From the NCBI RefSeq assembly GCF_006345805.1, contig NC_043009.1:1674001-1738000 (forward strand): a DNA stretch of 64,000 nucleotides. The letters run 5' to 3'. The position numbers and the translations under genes are program-made. A model generated the notes under the pieces. The model saw only the letters and a list, made by a program, of their open reading frames with translations. It was not told where the DNA came from and searched no databases. The DNA is from Octopus sinensis (Eukaryota). Position 1 is the first letter of the stretch; each line of letters starts with the position of its first letter. Positions 37,231-50,269 of the stretch are shown in pieces.

Positions 37231-38529
37231 ACTACTGGTGTAATGTGTAACGAAGTGCTTTGTTTAAGGACACGGTGCACGTCTCGGTCCGGGAATCGAA
37301 CTCCTAATCTTACGATCGTGTGCCTCATTATCCAAACCATTGTGGGCATTCTTTCGGAAGTTGATTGAGCCGCTTACGTTCTTAGCTATCACTACCTCGA
37401 CGAGAAGAGCCAGGAGAGACTTGCGTTTGTTTGTTTCCTTTCATATTGTAATATTCCTGTTCTCTGAATCTGTCGAAAATAATATATTAACTGCGGGGAA
37501 TTAACTTTAGTTCATTAGTACTTTTTTATTTATTTATAAATATTTATAAAAATAGATAAACGTATGGAAATGTTACATTTCTGAATATGTTAACATTTTA
37601 ATATATTTATACATTTATAAATATACACAACTATTTTCTGGGTTGTTAAGTGATCCGTTCAGATTCCAAAAAGAATACTCCATTGGGTATATTATATTTA
37701 ACCATTCCTGCAACGCAACTAATTATTGATGAACTTATTCGGCAAGCTCTTATCTTTAATTACAATGGTGATGTGATGTCGGAACGAAAAACCGTGTCAT
37801 GTCCTGACTTACAGATCAAATTACTCCAGAATGTAGTTTTGATGCTGCTAGGTTTCCGTAATTCGCCGATTCAATCAGTAAAAAAAAAAGAAGAAAAAAG
37901 CCAATAAAAAGGACTGAAATTAAAAGGAAAGAAAAACGAAAAGGAAAAAAGAAAAGAAAAAGTATAAATATAAAATACGGCGACCGGAAATGGTTTGTCA
38001 TAGTATTTCACTGTTGACTTAACCAAACGGATGTGTAGTCCAGCAGTAATTCCAACAATCCGTTCAGCAATAAGAATAGGGAAATTACAAAGATAAAAGT
38101 GAATAAAAACAATAAAAAAATCAATGAACCAGAGAAAGAATATTATTATCCAGTTATTTCAATGAATATTATCTAATAAAGGCAATGTTATATTGTTTAA
38201 TAACCAGTTCGGTATGGCCTGCTGGCTTTTGTTATATATTTGTATATTTTTTGTTCAGTTTCGAGAGAGGAAATAACGCTAGTAACAACGACAGCATTAT
38301 AAGATTCCAAATTAACCTATTTGACCCTATTTTTTTTGTGTGTGTCTAGCAGAGGAAGAAAGAAAAGGCAGTTTACTTCTCTTTTCTACCAACCTTCCTG
38401 TGTAATAAGTTATGTTACATAGAAAATTAATCAGGTTTCATTTTCCTTTTGTTTGTTTTTGGCTGGTGGATGTCAACCAATTAGCCTCGTTGAAGACAAT
38501 CTACAGGTGAAACAAATCGAACGACAAAG

Positions 38530-38790
38530 GAAGTCCTGTTATAGGCCACAAAGTTGGAAATTTTGCGGGAGGATGCCAATCAATTACATCGATCCCAGTG
38601 TCCAGATTGGTACTTATTTTATCGACCCTCGAAATGATGAAAGCCAAAGTCGGGCTGGGAAACGGTTAAACTCAGAGCATGAAGATCCGTGTCGTCAAGC
38701 ATTTCCTCCGACATGCGAACGATTCTGCCAGCTCGCAGCTTTTAACAGTAATTGTTCCTAAATTTGGCACAAGTTCGGCAGTTTTAGAGG
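38530..38790 (-). mobile_element. SINE family 3 variant
   Basis: GGTACTTATTTTATCGACCCTCGAAATGATGAAAG...AACGATTCTGCCAGCTCGC; another copy at ~40880-41096. Confidence 0.65.
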
Positions 38791-39689
38791 AAAAGAATAG
38801 TCAAATATATTGACTCCAGTGTATAACTGGCACCTGATTTTAGCGACTATATGCATGATGCTGGGGATGTATAATGAGCACTTTTGCGCCTTTAACGATA
38901 ATATTGATTCCCTCCCGGTGGCGACCATCAAGACGCTGCCGGGAAATGGGACCAAAATCTAACAGAATGAGAACGGACAAACAATAAATGAATAAACAAA
39001 CAATACAGATGTGGACATACGAAAATGAATAAATGTATTTCCCGACGAGACCATTAGTGGACGGATGAGAGAAAAAAAACCCGAAATAAATGAACAAACA
39101 GAATATAGTCTTAGGGTTAGACGAAGACGAAAGTATGGATAACGCTAAGAGGGGAATCCTAAAGAACTATAAACAAAAGGACAACAGACAGCGAAACAGG
39201 TTGAAGTGAATACTGGAGAAACTACAACCGTTTTCCTTCAACGGTCTGCGTGAAAAAAGAGAGAAAGTAAAAATGACTACGGGTCACGTGTCAGTAGTAG
39301 GTGGGAGAAAAGTGGTAACGGACAGAGAGGGAAGAGGAGAGAAAGAGAGAGAAATGGAGAAAATTTTGGAGTATTGTTGTGTAGCAAGTGGCTTGATTTG
39401 AAACCGTGTGTTGACATTACAGCAATCTCTATCGCAGAAGATCTTAAATTCACGTTTCTATTTATTTCTAAAATGTCAAAAGTTTTTTGTCGTCACTTCC
39501 GACTTGGTCACTCATACAATTCCACGTAGATTTCAACAGCCCAAGAAATAAACGGAAAATCATTTTAACAGTTTAGGTGAATTTTTTTCAATAGCTAAAA
39601 CGGCTCTTTCACGATACAATTGTTTCAGTTTCAATATGCGGTCTCAAACCAGCTCACTTTTTAGGCAAGTCAAAAACGATCAAAGGTCG

Positions 39690-39912
39690 CTCCCGAGCCA
39701 CAGGTTCATGGGGCCGATTTCCTGGTTTCTGTGGCGTATCTATTCTTCCTGTGGATGGAACGCAGGTCTGTTGCAGGATTACTCATTTTTGCCAGCTGAG
39801 TGGACTGGAGCAACGTGAAGTGTTTTGCTCAAAAATGCAACACACCGCCCGGTTCAGGAACCGAGACTACAATCGTACGATTGTGAGTGCAACACCCTAA
39901 CCACTAAGCCAC
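39690..39912 (-). mobile_element. tRNA-derived SINE
   Basis: Reverse complement starts GTGGCTTAGTGGTTAGGGTGTTGCACTC and contains GCTCCAGTCCACTCAGCTGG. Confidence 0.7.
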
Positions 39913-39949
39913 AACTTAGAAATTTCGAAAGCTGTTTTGAAGTCTAAAC

Positions 39950-40270
39950 TAGTGGTTCGCAACCAGGGTCCGTATAAGATTTTGGTAGGGTCCATGCAAG
40001 CGAAATATTAAATTTCGGATCAACAGTAATATATTAAGGGTCCATGAAAATGCTTGGATTTAAATGTATGTATTGCAAGAAACCGCTAAATTTATTTCTC
40101 TAACGTTTTACATAGTTCACCCCACACGAGTTAATGTGTGATAAACAAAATAGGGGTTTTGAAAGAAGTTTCTATAAAACTAGTTTTTAAACATCGAATG
40201 GCTATGGGGGTCTGCTAGAATAAAATAGTAATCAAAAGGGTCCATATGTAAAAACGGTTGAGAACCACTA
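39950..40270. mobile_element. hAT(Charlie)-like MITE
   Basis: TIRs TAGTGGTTCGCAACC / GGTTGAGAACCACTA; 8-bp flanks GTCTAAAC / ATCTAAAA. Confidence 0.75.
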
Positions 40271-42230
40271 ATCTAAAATGTAGAAAATGTATTGGTTACC
40301 TTATTTTATTAGTCATACTGGTGTACAATTAAATTATGAATAACATGTTTTTTCTAGACACCCAGGAATTAGAATTGAGTTTTAAAAAACCCTTAAAATA
40401 TTCGAAAATCAATGACATAACAAGAAACCTCTTACGATACACATTTTGGAAACTACTGGTTTAGTTCCGACCACTAGAGTAGTTAGTTGGAGGGTAGAGG
40501 TGGTCCACCTTAGCTGGCCCTTTTTAAAAGGGGTGACACTTTTGGGTCTACAGTAGGCATTGTTTTTTTGTGGAGTCCGTGGGGTCGCAAACGGAAGGGC
40601 CGCTCCAGGCGGCACACACTCTAGCTACGCTAGTGATTCCGACGTATGTGTTCTTCCTTTTCCAATATCAATCAATATATTTTCTAGTTTTCTTTTAAAG
40701 ACACCAAGGCAGTGTTTCCTCATAGGGGAGGATGTGACGATTGAAGAGAGAAGAATGGGGACAAATTGCTATGATTAGTAAAAGTAATAAGGCTTAATAA
40801 TAATCCTTTCTCTTAAAGACACAGAGCCAGCAATTTTGGAAGAGAGGCAAGGCGATCAGTAAATCGTTTCTGTAAGCTAGGTTATTGGTTTCAAATTTTG
40901 GCATAAAGCCAGCAAGTTGGAGAGAAGCGATAGGTGGATTACATTGACCCCAGTGCACAACTGGTACTTATTTTATCGATTACGAAAGGATAAAAGTCGA
41001 CCTCAGCAGCATTTGAACTCAGAACGTAAAGACGGACGAAATGCCGCTAAACATTTTGTCCGGCATGCAAACGATTCTGCCAACTTGTCGCCTTAAAACA
41101 CCACCACCAACAATAATAATATCAGTGATGCTTCGGAATATGGCGATCTTTCGATACTAATAACATGGAAAGCCAAAAATAAAAAAAAATCAAGGCCAGT
41201 GGCCTACTCCAAGGTAGAGAAGCAAAGTGAATCGGTGAGATTTTATTTTTTTGTAGAATTACAATGTCTTACGCTTAAAACATATCTCAAAGAAATATTT
41301 CGTAAATAAAGAGGGACAAAAATGAAAAAGTTACATTTACGTACGTCGACTTCAAGGTGAGAAAAGGGAAAGGTAAAAAAATTTGAATTTGTGGGATTTT
41401 GGGGGGGGCCTAGGTGGGGTAGAATTGCAATCTCTTATGTATAAAACACATAATTTAGAGAAATATTTCGGTAAAAAAGTTAGTCAAAAATGAAAATGTC
41501 GCAGATTTGCGTATTCCAAATTTGAATGCGGTTTGATCAAGACGGGAAAAAATGTCACGGTACCCAGTGGGTGTGCTTACTTCGAAACTGCTGTCTTTGT
41601 TTTGTATTATCAAAAACAGAATAGATATAAAATTTAATATTAAAAATTTCTGCTCAAAATCTGTTTTTATAATTTGCATGTTATTTAGCCAACAACAAAT
41701 ACAACCCTAAATGATGTTGTTGTACGAATTATAATAGAGGTTGTACAAAAAGGTAAAAAGCAAAATAAGACACCAACAAAAGATTTTTGGAGGTACAATA
41801 ACAAATTTAGTACAAAAAAAAAACAAAACATTAACTTACCTTAGGTAAAGAAATGAATTTCCTTTTGTAGTTATTCGCAAACGTTTTGCGGTAAATATGG
41901 ACAAATATGTTTCTCCAATTATGTCACTGAATAAAAAGTCAGGTGAACACCAAATGAAGGAACATTGCAACGAATAATTGTATTTAATTTTTGTTTCTCG
42001 CAGCCTTTTAAAAATTTTATCTAGATTAATATTTCGATTGGTTTTTGTAATGTAACTCTACGGTTTTGATTAAGACTGTTCCATCTCCTTCGATAAGGAA
42101 AACAAGACGTGATAGCGTGCAAGATTAGACACCGGAAGTAGTATTCATGTTCTTTCAGCGCATGGCTATTCTCTGAACAAATGTAACAACATATAACTCT
42201 GCAGTTTGGAGTTCTCCTGCTGGATACTTG

Positions 42231-42660
42231 GGATCTTTTCTCCGTTTGAACGGCAGTTTTTTCTTGCGGTGTCATATGAAATTGTCACCCATAATTATGA
42301 CCCTAGAATCGATCTATTGCATTTCAATCTATTTTAGAGTTAGGCTTGGTTAGGGTTAGGGGTGGGGGAAGGGTATCTTTTTTTCTTCACAAATGTAAAT
42401 AAACCCAATCTGTTTCTTAAACGAGGGACATATTCATACGGCACAGAATGTTTTCACCTCAAATAGACGTCATTGATTGGTTGAAATTGCAGAAATTGAA
42501 GGAAAAAAACAACAAATATCTTACAAACTATAGAATTTTCTCAATAAAGCCAAGAGAAAAAGATGTTTTATAAACACATTCTACCAGTATACGAAGTTTA
42601 AAAGTGTTTAGTTACGTGGAAATCATTTAAAAAAAACTGCCGTTCAAACCTAAAAGATCC
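42231..42660. mobile_element. MITE with ~29-bp TIRs and 8-bp TSD
   Basis: GGATCTTTTC..GTTTGAACGGCAGTTTTT / AAAAACTGCCGTTCAAAC..AAAAGATCC; flanks GATACTTG / GATACCTG; internal GGTTAGGGTTAGGGG. Confidence 0.8.
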
Positions 42661-42934
42661 GATACCTGTTGTTATAGTAGAATTATAGGCTTCAAGTTTG
42701 GGCCTTCCATACTGAATTGCTTCTGATTACAGTAAATATTGTCCTTCAAGTTAGGGGCCCCAAACACTGAAACTTCTGGTTACAGTAAAATATAGCTTTT
42801 GAGTTCTATGAACGACTATTTAGATTTAATCCAAATATTGGTAACACTTCTTAAATCCAATATACTTTGAATTACATTGAATGTTTCAGTGACTTTGCAC
42901 CTATATTACCGTCGAATATTGTGAATTATTAATG

Positions 42935-43480
42935 CGGCGGTCGGGCAGAATCATTAGTATGCCGGGCGGCTTAGCGGTATTTCGTCTGCCGTTACGTTCA
43001 GGGTTCAAATTCCGCCGAGGTTGACTTTGCCTTTCATCTTTTCGGGGTCGATAAATTAAGTACCAGTTACGCACTGGGGTCGATCTAATCGACTTAATCC
43101 GTTTGTCTGTCCTTGTTTGTCCTCTCTGTGTTTAGCCCCTTATGGGTAGTAAAGAAATAAGTATTTCGTCTGTCTTTATGTTCTGAGTTCAAATTCCGCC
43201 GAGGTCGACTTTGCCTTTCATCCTTTCGGGGTCGATAGATTAAGTACCAGTTGCATACTGGGGTCGATCTAATCGACTGACCCCTCCCCCAAAATTTCGG
43301 ACCTTGTGCTTTGAGTAGAAAAGAATCGTTAGCATGCCGAACAAAATGCTTAGCAGCAGTTTGTCCATCTTTACGCTCTGAGTTCAAATTCCACCGAGGT
43401 CCACTTTGCCTTTCATCCTTTCGGGGTCGATCGTTCCCTCAAAATTGTTAGCCTTGTGTCAAAATTTGAAACCAGTATTG
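42935..43480 (+). mobile_element. Tandem array of SINE family 3 units
   Basis: Three consecutive GTTCAAATTCC(G/A)CCGAGGT..ACTTTGCCTTTCATC units. Confidence 0.75.
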
Positions 43481-44039
43481 TGAATTGCTGGATATTTAAG
43501 GTCGATCCAATACACTCTAGATTAAATGCTTCGATGATCCTGTAGTTGTTTCTGCTACCTTCGACTTTTGTAAAGTACTGGATATTTATTTAAGTTGATC
43601 CCAAAATACTCGGGTTGATTACAAAATCCAATTCATTTTAAATTAAACAAATTACAATAACTAAATTGAACAGTCACGATAAATCAACAGACTTGTTTTA
43701 TGTTTTATTATTTTGCTTTTGTTATATTGTTATTCCATGCTCATTAATAGATTTGGATATTTCATTTCTCTACTTAGATGCATTAAACTTGACATAGAAT
43801 AATTTAATTGAGATTAATTATTAATTTTCTCTAAATTACATCTATTGAACGAATCAAATTATTATTAATATATTTTAGATACAGTAAATAGAGGAATTTC
43901 CTCTACTTCTCTAATTCAAAGTCTATGGAAGGGGAGATTGATTAAATTTGATCCTCATTTTCTCTCAGGACAATTAGTCTTGTATACACGTTGTTGTTAT
44001 TGTTGTTGTTGTAATAATTACTTGGGTGGTAAGTCGTCT

Positions 44040-44275
44040 GATAAGGCGGTGAGCTGGCAGAAACGTTAGCACGCTGGGCGAAATGCTTAGCAGTATTTCG
44101 TCTGCCGCTACGTTCGGAGTTCAAATTTCGCCGAGGTCGACTTTGCCTTTCATCTTTTCGGGGTCGGTTAAATAAGTACCAGTTATGCACTGGGGTCGAT
44201 ATAATCGACTTAATCCGTTTGTCTGTCCTTGTTTGTCCTCTCTGTGTTTAGCCCCTTGTGGGTAGTAAAGAAATA
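44040..44275 (+). mobile_element. SINE family 3, full length, with 12-bp TSD
   Basis: AAGGCGGTGAGCTGGCAGAA head; flanked by GGTAAGTCGTCT at 44028 and 44276. Confidence 0.85.
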
Positions 44276-44974
44276 GGTAAGTCGTCTAAATCGTTAGGAG
44301 CGGTGGACAAAAACAATCTCGCTGTATTTATCTCGGCTCTTTACATTTTGAGTTCAAAATCCTGCCATTCTTTCGAGTGAGGGGGGGGGGGGCAATAAAA
44401 TAAAGTACCAATCAAGTACTGGGGTTATAATTTATAATTATCAACTAGGCGCAGGCGTGGCTGTGTGGTAAGAAACTTGCTTCCTAACCACATGGTTCTG
44501 GGTTCAGTCCCACTGCGTGGCACTTTGGGCAAATGTCTTCTACTATGGCCTCGGGCCAACAAAAGCCTTGTGAGTGAATTTGGTAGACGGAAACTGAAAG
44601 AAGCTCCACGTAAATACATATATATGTAAAGGGTGCGGTGAATAAATTGTCGTCTAAAAAATGAAGAAGGAAGGTAGAAAATCGATTGTATTCACAGCTA
44701 CAGAATTTTCAGAAGAAATTGGTTTAGTCTCCCAACAGATAAAGCCAAAGCCGAAAGCAGCAATAAAAATGGTCACGTTGAAGACAGGTTAATCGTTTTC
44801 ACAGCCGGAACCGAATATTCTGTCGGTTTACTTCACAGTTCACGTAAAACAAAACTTCGTCATTGAACGACATACAGTCTTCTATGAAATGGTGGTTTTC
44901 ATCCAATTGATTAGAGAATCATTTACACACGACCAGTTGTCGTCTGCCGGGGTCGTTCTCCGTAAAGTTGATTT

Positions 44975-45365
44975 TTATATTTTACTTGTTTCAGTCATCT
45001 GACCGCGGCCATGCTGGGCACCGTCTTGAAGAATTTTTAGTCAAACAAATCGACGCTAGTACTTATTTTAAAAAAAGAAAACTGGTACTTATTCTATCGG
45101 GTTTCTTTTGCCGAACTGCTAGATTACAGGGACGTAAACTCATTAAGACTGGTTGTTAAGCGATGGTAGGACACACACACACACACACACACAGACAGAC
45201 ACAGACACACACACACACACATACACACACACATACGACGAGCTTCTTCCAGTTTCCGTCTACCAAATCTACTCACAAGGCTTTGGTTAGCCCGAGTCTA
45301 TAGTAGAAGACACTTTCCCAAGGTGCCAAACAGTGGAACTGAAGCTGCTTACCATATAGCAACAC
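44975..45365 (-). mobile_element. SINE family 1
   Basis: Reverse complement of the family consensus with internal (CA)n; a + strand head fragment also lies at 44449-44610. Confidence 0.8.
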
Positions 45366-45473
45366 CTGTTGATGAAGTTTTGTAACTTGTTCGGCTGAAA
45401 TTTTTATTCAGTTCTACGCCATATGCCCACAGGCTACTAACCCCAAGGTTCCTAGTTCGATTCCAGGCAGTGA

Positions 45474-45515
<42 letters not shown>

Positions 45516-45524
45516 CAACAACAA

Positions 45525-45650
45525 CATGGAATGAGAACCCAGGTTCGAAATTTACTCAAGTCACCTGATGAAGGCTGGAGAGTATATCAGCCGAAAGTTG
45601 TGTTAACAACAAACAAGATGAGGACAAGTATCAGTCAAATGTAAATAATG
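45525..45650 (+). mobile_element. Solo family C hammerhead/pLTR-like unit
   Basis: GGAATGAGAACCCAGGTTCGAAATTT..CAC-CTGATGA-A-GGCTG..CAGCC-GAAA-GTT-GTGTT, inserted next to (AAT)n(AAC)n. Confidence 0.7.
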
Positions 45651-46189
45651 AAATTTTTATTGTTTGAAAAAGTTGTTCGGTGGTTTCTCCGTTTCGCGTA
45701 GTGGGACCGAAATCGTACCTGAGTGGTTGCAAAACTTACCTTTACCACACAACTACGGTTTCCTCCGCTTAAAAAATAAAATTAAAAAAAAAACACCAGC
45801 AACACAACACAATACAAAAGCATTCCAAAAGGAAAGAGAAAACCAGTCGAGAATATCACCGGCGCATTAAGTATAACTTTAGTAGCTAAGACTGTATAAC
45901 ATTCCAAGCATAAAGTAGCAGGCATTATTAATTCATTAACCATAGCAAGTAGCGAGTTAAACGCTCCAGTGTAATAATAGATTAGGAGATGAAAGAATTA
46001 AGGAGTCTCGATATAAATAGGATATAAATAACGACTATATTTAGAGTAGAAACCGGCCAAAAGACGACGACAAACGGTTATTTGTAAACGAGTCGAAGAA
46101 GAAAGGAGAAAAATGTTAGAGAATAGGTTTAAGTTATTCTAGGGTTTGTTTATAGATGTAATATATATAGTTGGAAAGAGCTACGGATT

Positions 46190-46190
46190 C

Positions 46191-46234
<44 letters not shown>

Positions 46235-46860
46235 CTGTATGCATGTATGTATGAATGGACAGAAGGATGTATGTGTGTGTGTGTGTGTGTGTGTGTATGT
46301 ATGCACGTAGGTGTGTATGTATGTATGCAGCATGTATGTGTATGTATGTGTGTGCATGTATGTATGTATGTATGAATGTATGTATGTGTATGTGTGAATG
46401 TATGTATGTCTGTATGCATATGTGTATGTATGTATACAGCATGTATGTGTATAGATGTATGCATGTATATATGTGCGTATGTATGAAAGGACGGAAGGAT
46501 GTATGTATGTCTGTATGCATGTGTGTATGTATGTATACACGTAGGCGTGTACGTATGTATGCAGCATGTATGTCTATAGATGTATGCATGTATTTATGTC
46601 TGCATGTATGTATGTATGCATGCATGTAGATGTGCATGTATGTGTGTGTATGTATGTATGTACGTAGGCGTGTACGTGTGTATGCAGCATATGCCTATAT
46701 ATGTATGCATGTATTTGTGTGTATATATGTACGTATATATTTATAGATGTGTGTGTATGTACGTATGAATATACGCATGCATATCTATATATACATGTGC
46801 ATCTATGTATGTATGTACATATGCACGCATACATATATGCTTGTAAACATATACGCACAC
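46190..46860. repeat. Compound (TG)n/(TATG)n microsatellite
   Basis: Direct reading. Confidence 0.9.
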
Positions 46861-46924
46861 TTGGTTCAAGGTTAGATATCATTACATATGTGGATCTAAT
46901 TACTAAACTTCTTGAATGTTTCAC

Positions 46925-47334
46925 ATATTTTGACAGTGTCTTTGATAGCTAGTTGCTATAATCTTTTGATTATGCGTTCTCTTTCCGGTTTTGTGAAATT
47001 TAACCTCTCGAGTTGGCATCGATGCTGCTAGTCATGTTGCCAAATGCACAAGTAACTATTGGCAGGAATCTAAAGACTATAGTCCGGATGATAAACCTGT
47101 GGATTTCCTATTAGTTCGGCATAAATGTTGCCTTTGTCAGTAATCTATGATATTATGTTGACATCATATAGTCGTAGGCGTGGCTGTGTGGTTAAGGGGT
47201 TTGCTTCCTAACCATGTGGTCTTGGGTTCAGTCCCACTTCGCAGCAACTTGGGCAGGTGTCTTCTACTATAGCCTCAAGCTGACCAAAGCATTGTGAGTG
47301 GATTTGGCTGACGGAAACTGAAAGAAGCCTGTCG

Positions 47335-47381
<47 letters not shown>

Positions 47382-47382
47382 A

Positions 47383-47425
<43 letters not shown>

Positions 47426-47850
47426 TGTATTTGTTCCTCACTACCGCTTGACTGTCAGTTTTGATTTGCTTACGTCGCCGTAACTTAGCGGTTAGGCAAA
47501 AGTGATAGATAGAATAAGCACCATATTTTAATAAAGCAAAATACTGCTGTCGTTCTGTTCGATTAAAAATCCTTGAAGGTGATGCCCCAGCATGGCCGCA
47601 GTCCAATGACAGCCACAAGTAAAGGATATGAAGATCTCCTGGGCAAATGATTTCAGTTGTTGCGCATAGGTTCTTTTCCCCGTTCCTAATCACGATGTCT
47701 GGTCTGTTACATTTTATTGAAGTGTTAATCGAGATTTTCCACCAGCTTTCTTTCATAAAATTGCGCGTTTACACCCTCCATGTCACCGTAGATCCTTTTT
47801 ATTTGTCTCCTCAGGATTGTCAGCATCTTTGAAAAGCAATTTATCTGAAA
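46925..47850 (-). pseudogene. Restriction-like-endonuclease (RLE) non-LTR retrotransposon 3' relic, split by a SINE
   Basis: SWWKISINTSIKCNRPDIVIRNGEKNLCATTEIICPG [SINE] DVNIIS*ITDKGNIYAELIGNPQVYHPDY..PIVTCAFG..LAIKDTVK matches the RPD..E.CP.D..K PD-(D/E)xK layout. Confidence 0.7.
47172..47630 (+). mobile_element. SINE family 1 inserted in the RLE relic
   Basis: Head GTAGGCGTGGCTGTGTGG, tail CCCCAGCATGGCCGCAGTC. Confidence 0.8.
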
Positions 47851-48974
47851 TAGACATCCTGCTTGCAATAAATAGCGAGAGCGAAAGCGATCTGAATTAA
47901 CCAACTGGAAAATATGTCTTCCTAGGGTTGAAATAGCAGTAGCATCTTCTCGTACAGAACATCCACGTTAAAGTGGCGATAAACACTCCTTTTTGGGTCG
48001 CAGACTGCTTCTGTCTCGGACGGAGATTTTCTAATGGATTAGTTTCCTAGTTACAAAATCAGTGATTATAGGACATTGTATTCCCTGTATATCGCAAGCG
48101 AGTTTGAACTGCTGCTATGCTTGGTAAACGAATTCCCACAACTGAGGAGATCCAATAAGATTGAAATCACGTGGTCTGGTGGTCTTGAAGCTAGGGTGGC
48201 AGGAGTTATCTCCCGCTTGCACTAAATATGGAGTGCGGAAGCGCACTGAATTGATCAACTGGAGGAGATGTCTTCCTGGGGCTGAAGTAGCAGTCTCGTC
48301 ATCACTTAGAGAAGACCCACGTTAAAGTGGCGACAAACACTTCCTTAGACATGGACAAACTTTTTTCCAGAAGCGAGGCGTATGAAGTATGACTCATCAC
48401 CAAGCGGGCCGCACTACTAGACAAAAAAAGAAAGAAATTCAAGGTAAATTTTTGTTGTCATTCAGTAAGTCCAACGGGCCGCAGTTTGCTCATAACGGAT
48501 CTAAAACGTAAATTAACCACGCGGTTATTGTATTTAACTCAGGGATTTGTTTTTAAATCCAAGCAAGGGCGGTCACTCCTTCTTTATTTACAAATTGTAT
48601 TTTTACTGTCATTGGTATTTAGTAAATGTAATGCCGTTTTTTTCTTCTTATATATATAATTTCTATTTCTTCTAAATTATCTTAATAGAAATTCCCGAGT
48701 TAAAACAGATTTTTTCCAGATGCGGGATGTGTAGGATGTTTCGAGAAGTTGAGATGCAAGAGCTTCTACAATCTTTGCTGTATTTAGACCTAAACGGAGT
48801 TCTTTAGTTCGTACCACGTTGTTAGACACATGACGAACCAAGCTTCCTCCAACGGGTTTGATTTACGGCTGCACTTTCACCTCCTGTCTCTCTGGTCCTT
48901 GTGCATTTGAGGTCTTCTGGGAATGCTAGATATCACTTAGAATTGAATGATTAAACAGCAATATCACACGCGCA

Positions 48975-49019
<45 letters not shown>

Positions 49020-49554
49020 TCGGACGTATACACTCACGGTTGCGCGCGCGCAAGGCATACAAGCATGTATACATTCATACACATACACTTATGTATAGAT
49101 GCACACACGCACACACACATATACACACAAACACACGCGTAAACACTTATACACACATATTCATACAGATGCACAGATGCTCACACGCATGGGCGCATAC
49201 GCACACGGACGCGCTCGCGTGCACACACACACACACGCGCGCGCGCGCACACGCACACACCTGTACACACACACACACGGTTGTGAATACGGCTCAGCTC
49301 GTCTGGAAGGCGAAACTCAAGGAAAACACTTCCTTCCATCTTCATGCGATTCCATATTTGATTTCACGCATTTCCTTCAGGTGTTTTATCGACACCAGAT
49401 GAGGCCGATGGACGTGTGTCAGTATGCACGGATGCACACACACACACACACACACCACAACACACACACATATATATATAAATACATGCACACGTATAAT
49501 TACACAAACACATATATAGGCATATGTATATATGTTTATGTAGATATATGCATA

Positions 49555-49558
49555 TATC

Positions 49559-49636
<78 letters not shown>

Positions 49637-49713
49637 GTCCGTCCGTCCGTCCGTCCGTCCGTCCGTCCGTCCGTCCATCCATCCATCCATCCATCTATCT
49701 ATCTATCTATCTC

Positions 49714-49792
<79 letters not shown>

Positions 49793-49797
49793 GTCTG

Positions 49798-49844
<47 letters not shown>

Positions 49845-49853
49845 GTCTGTCTC

Positions 49854-49885
<32 letters not shown>

Positions 49886-49904
49886 TCTATCTGTTTGTCT
49901 CTTC

Positions 49905-49962
<58 letters not shown>

Positions 49963-49971
49963 AATCTATCT

Positions 49972-50042
<71 letters not shown>

Positions 50043-50076
50043 GTCTGTCTATCTATCTATCTATCTATCTATCTAT
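49555..50076. repeat. (TATC)n with (TGTC)n/(TCCG)n/(TCCA)n variants
   Basis: Direct reading; abuts the 5' end of the Tx1 LINE. Confidence 0.95.
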
Positions 50077-50269
50077 TGACGGATGTGATGTCGTTTCAGC
50101 TCCGAAGGTAATCATTTATTTTGACTATTTATAGGCCAATTTTTGTGTAGATTTTTGCAAATAAGGTGTGTAAGGCAACCAACTTTCATTTGAGTGCTTT
50201 TCCAAGGGAGGAATTCGCCCCTAGGGGCAGTTTCGACCCCATTTCATTTCTATTATTTTCTTCTCGACA

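Noticed and set aside
40600-40634. hAT-like terminus CTAGCTACGCTAGTG
   Set aside because: No matching opposite TIR found, so element boundaries cannot be supported.
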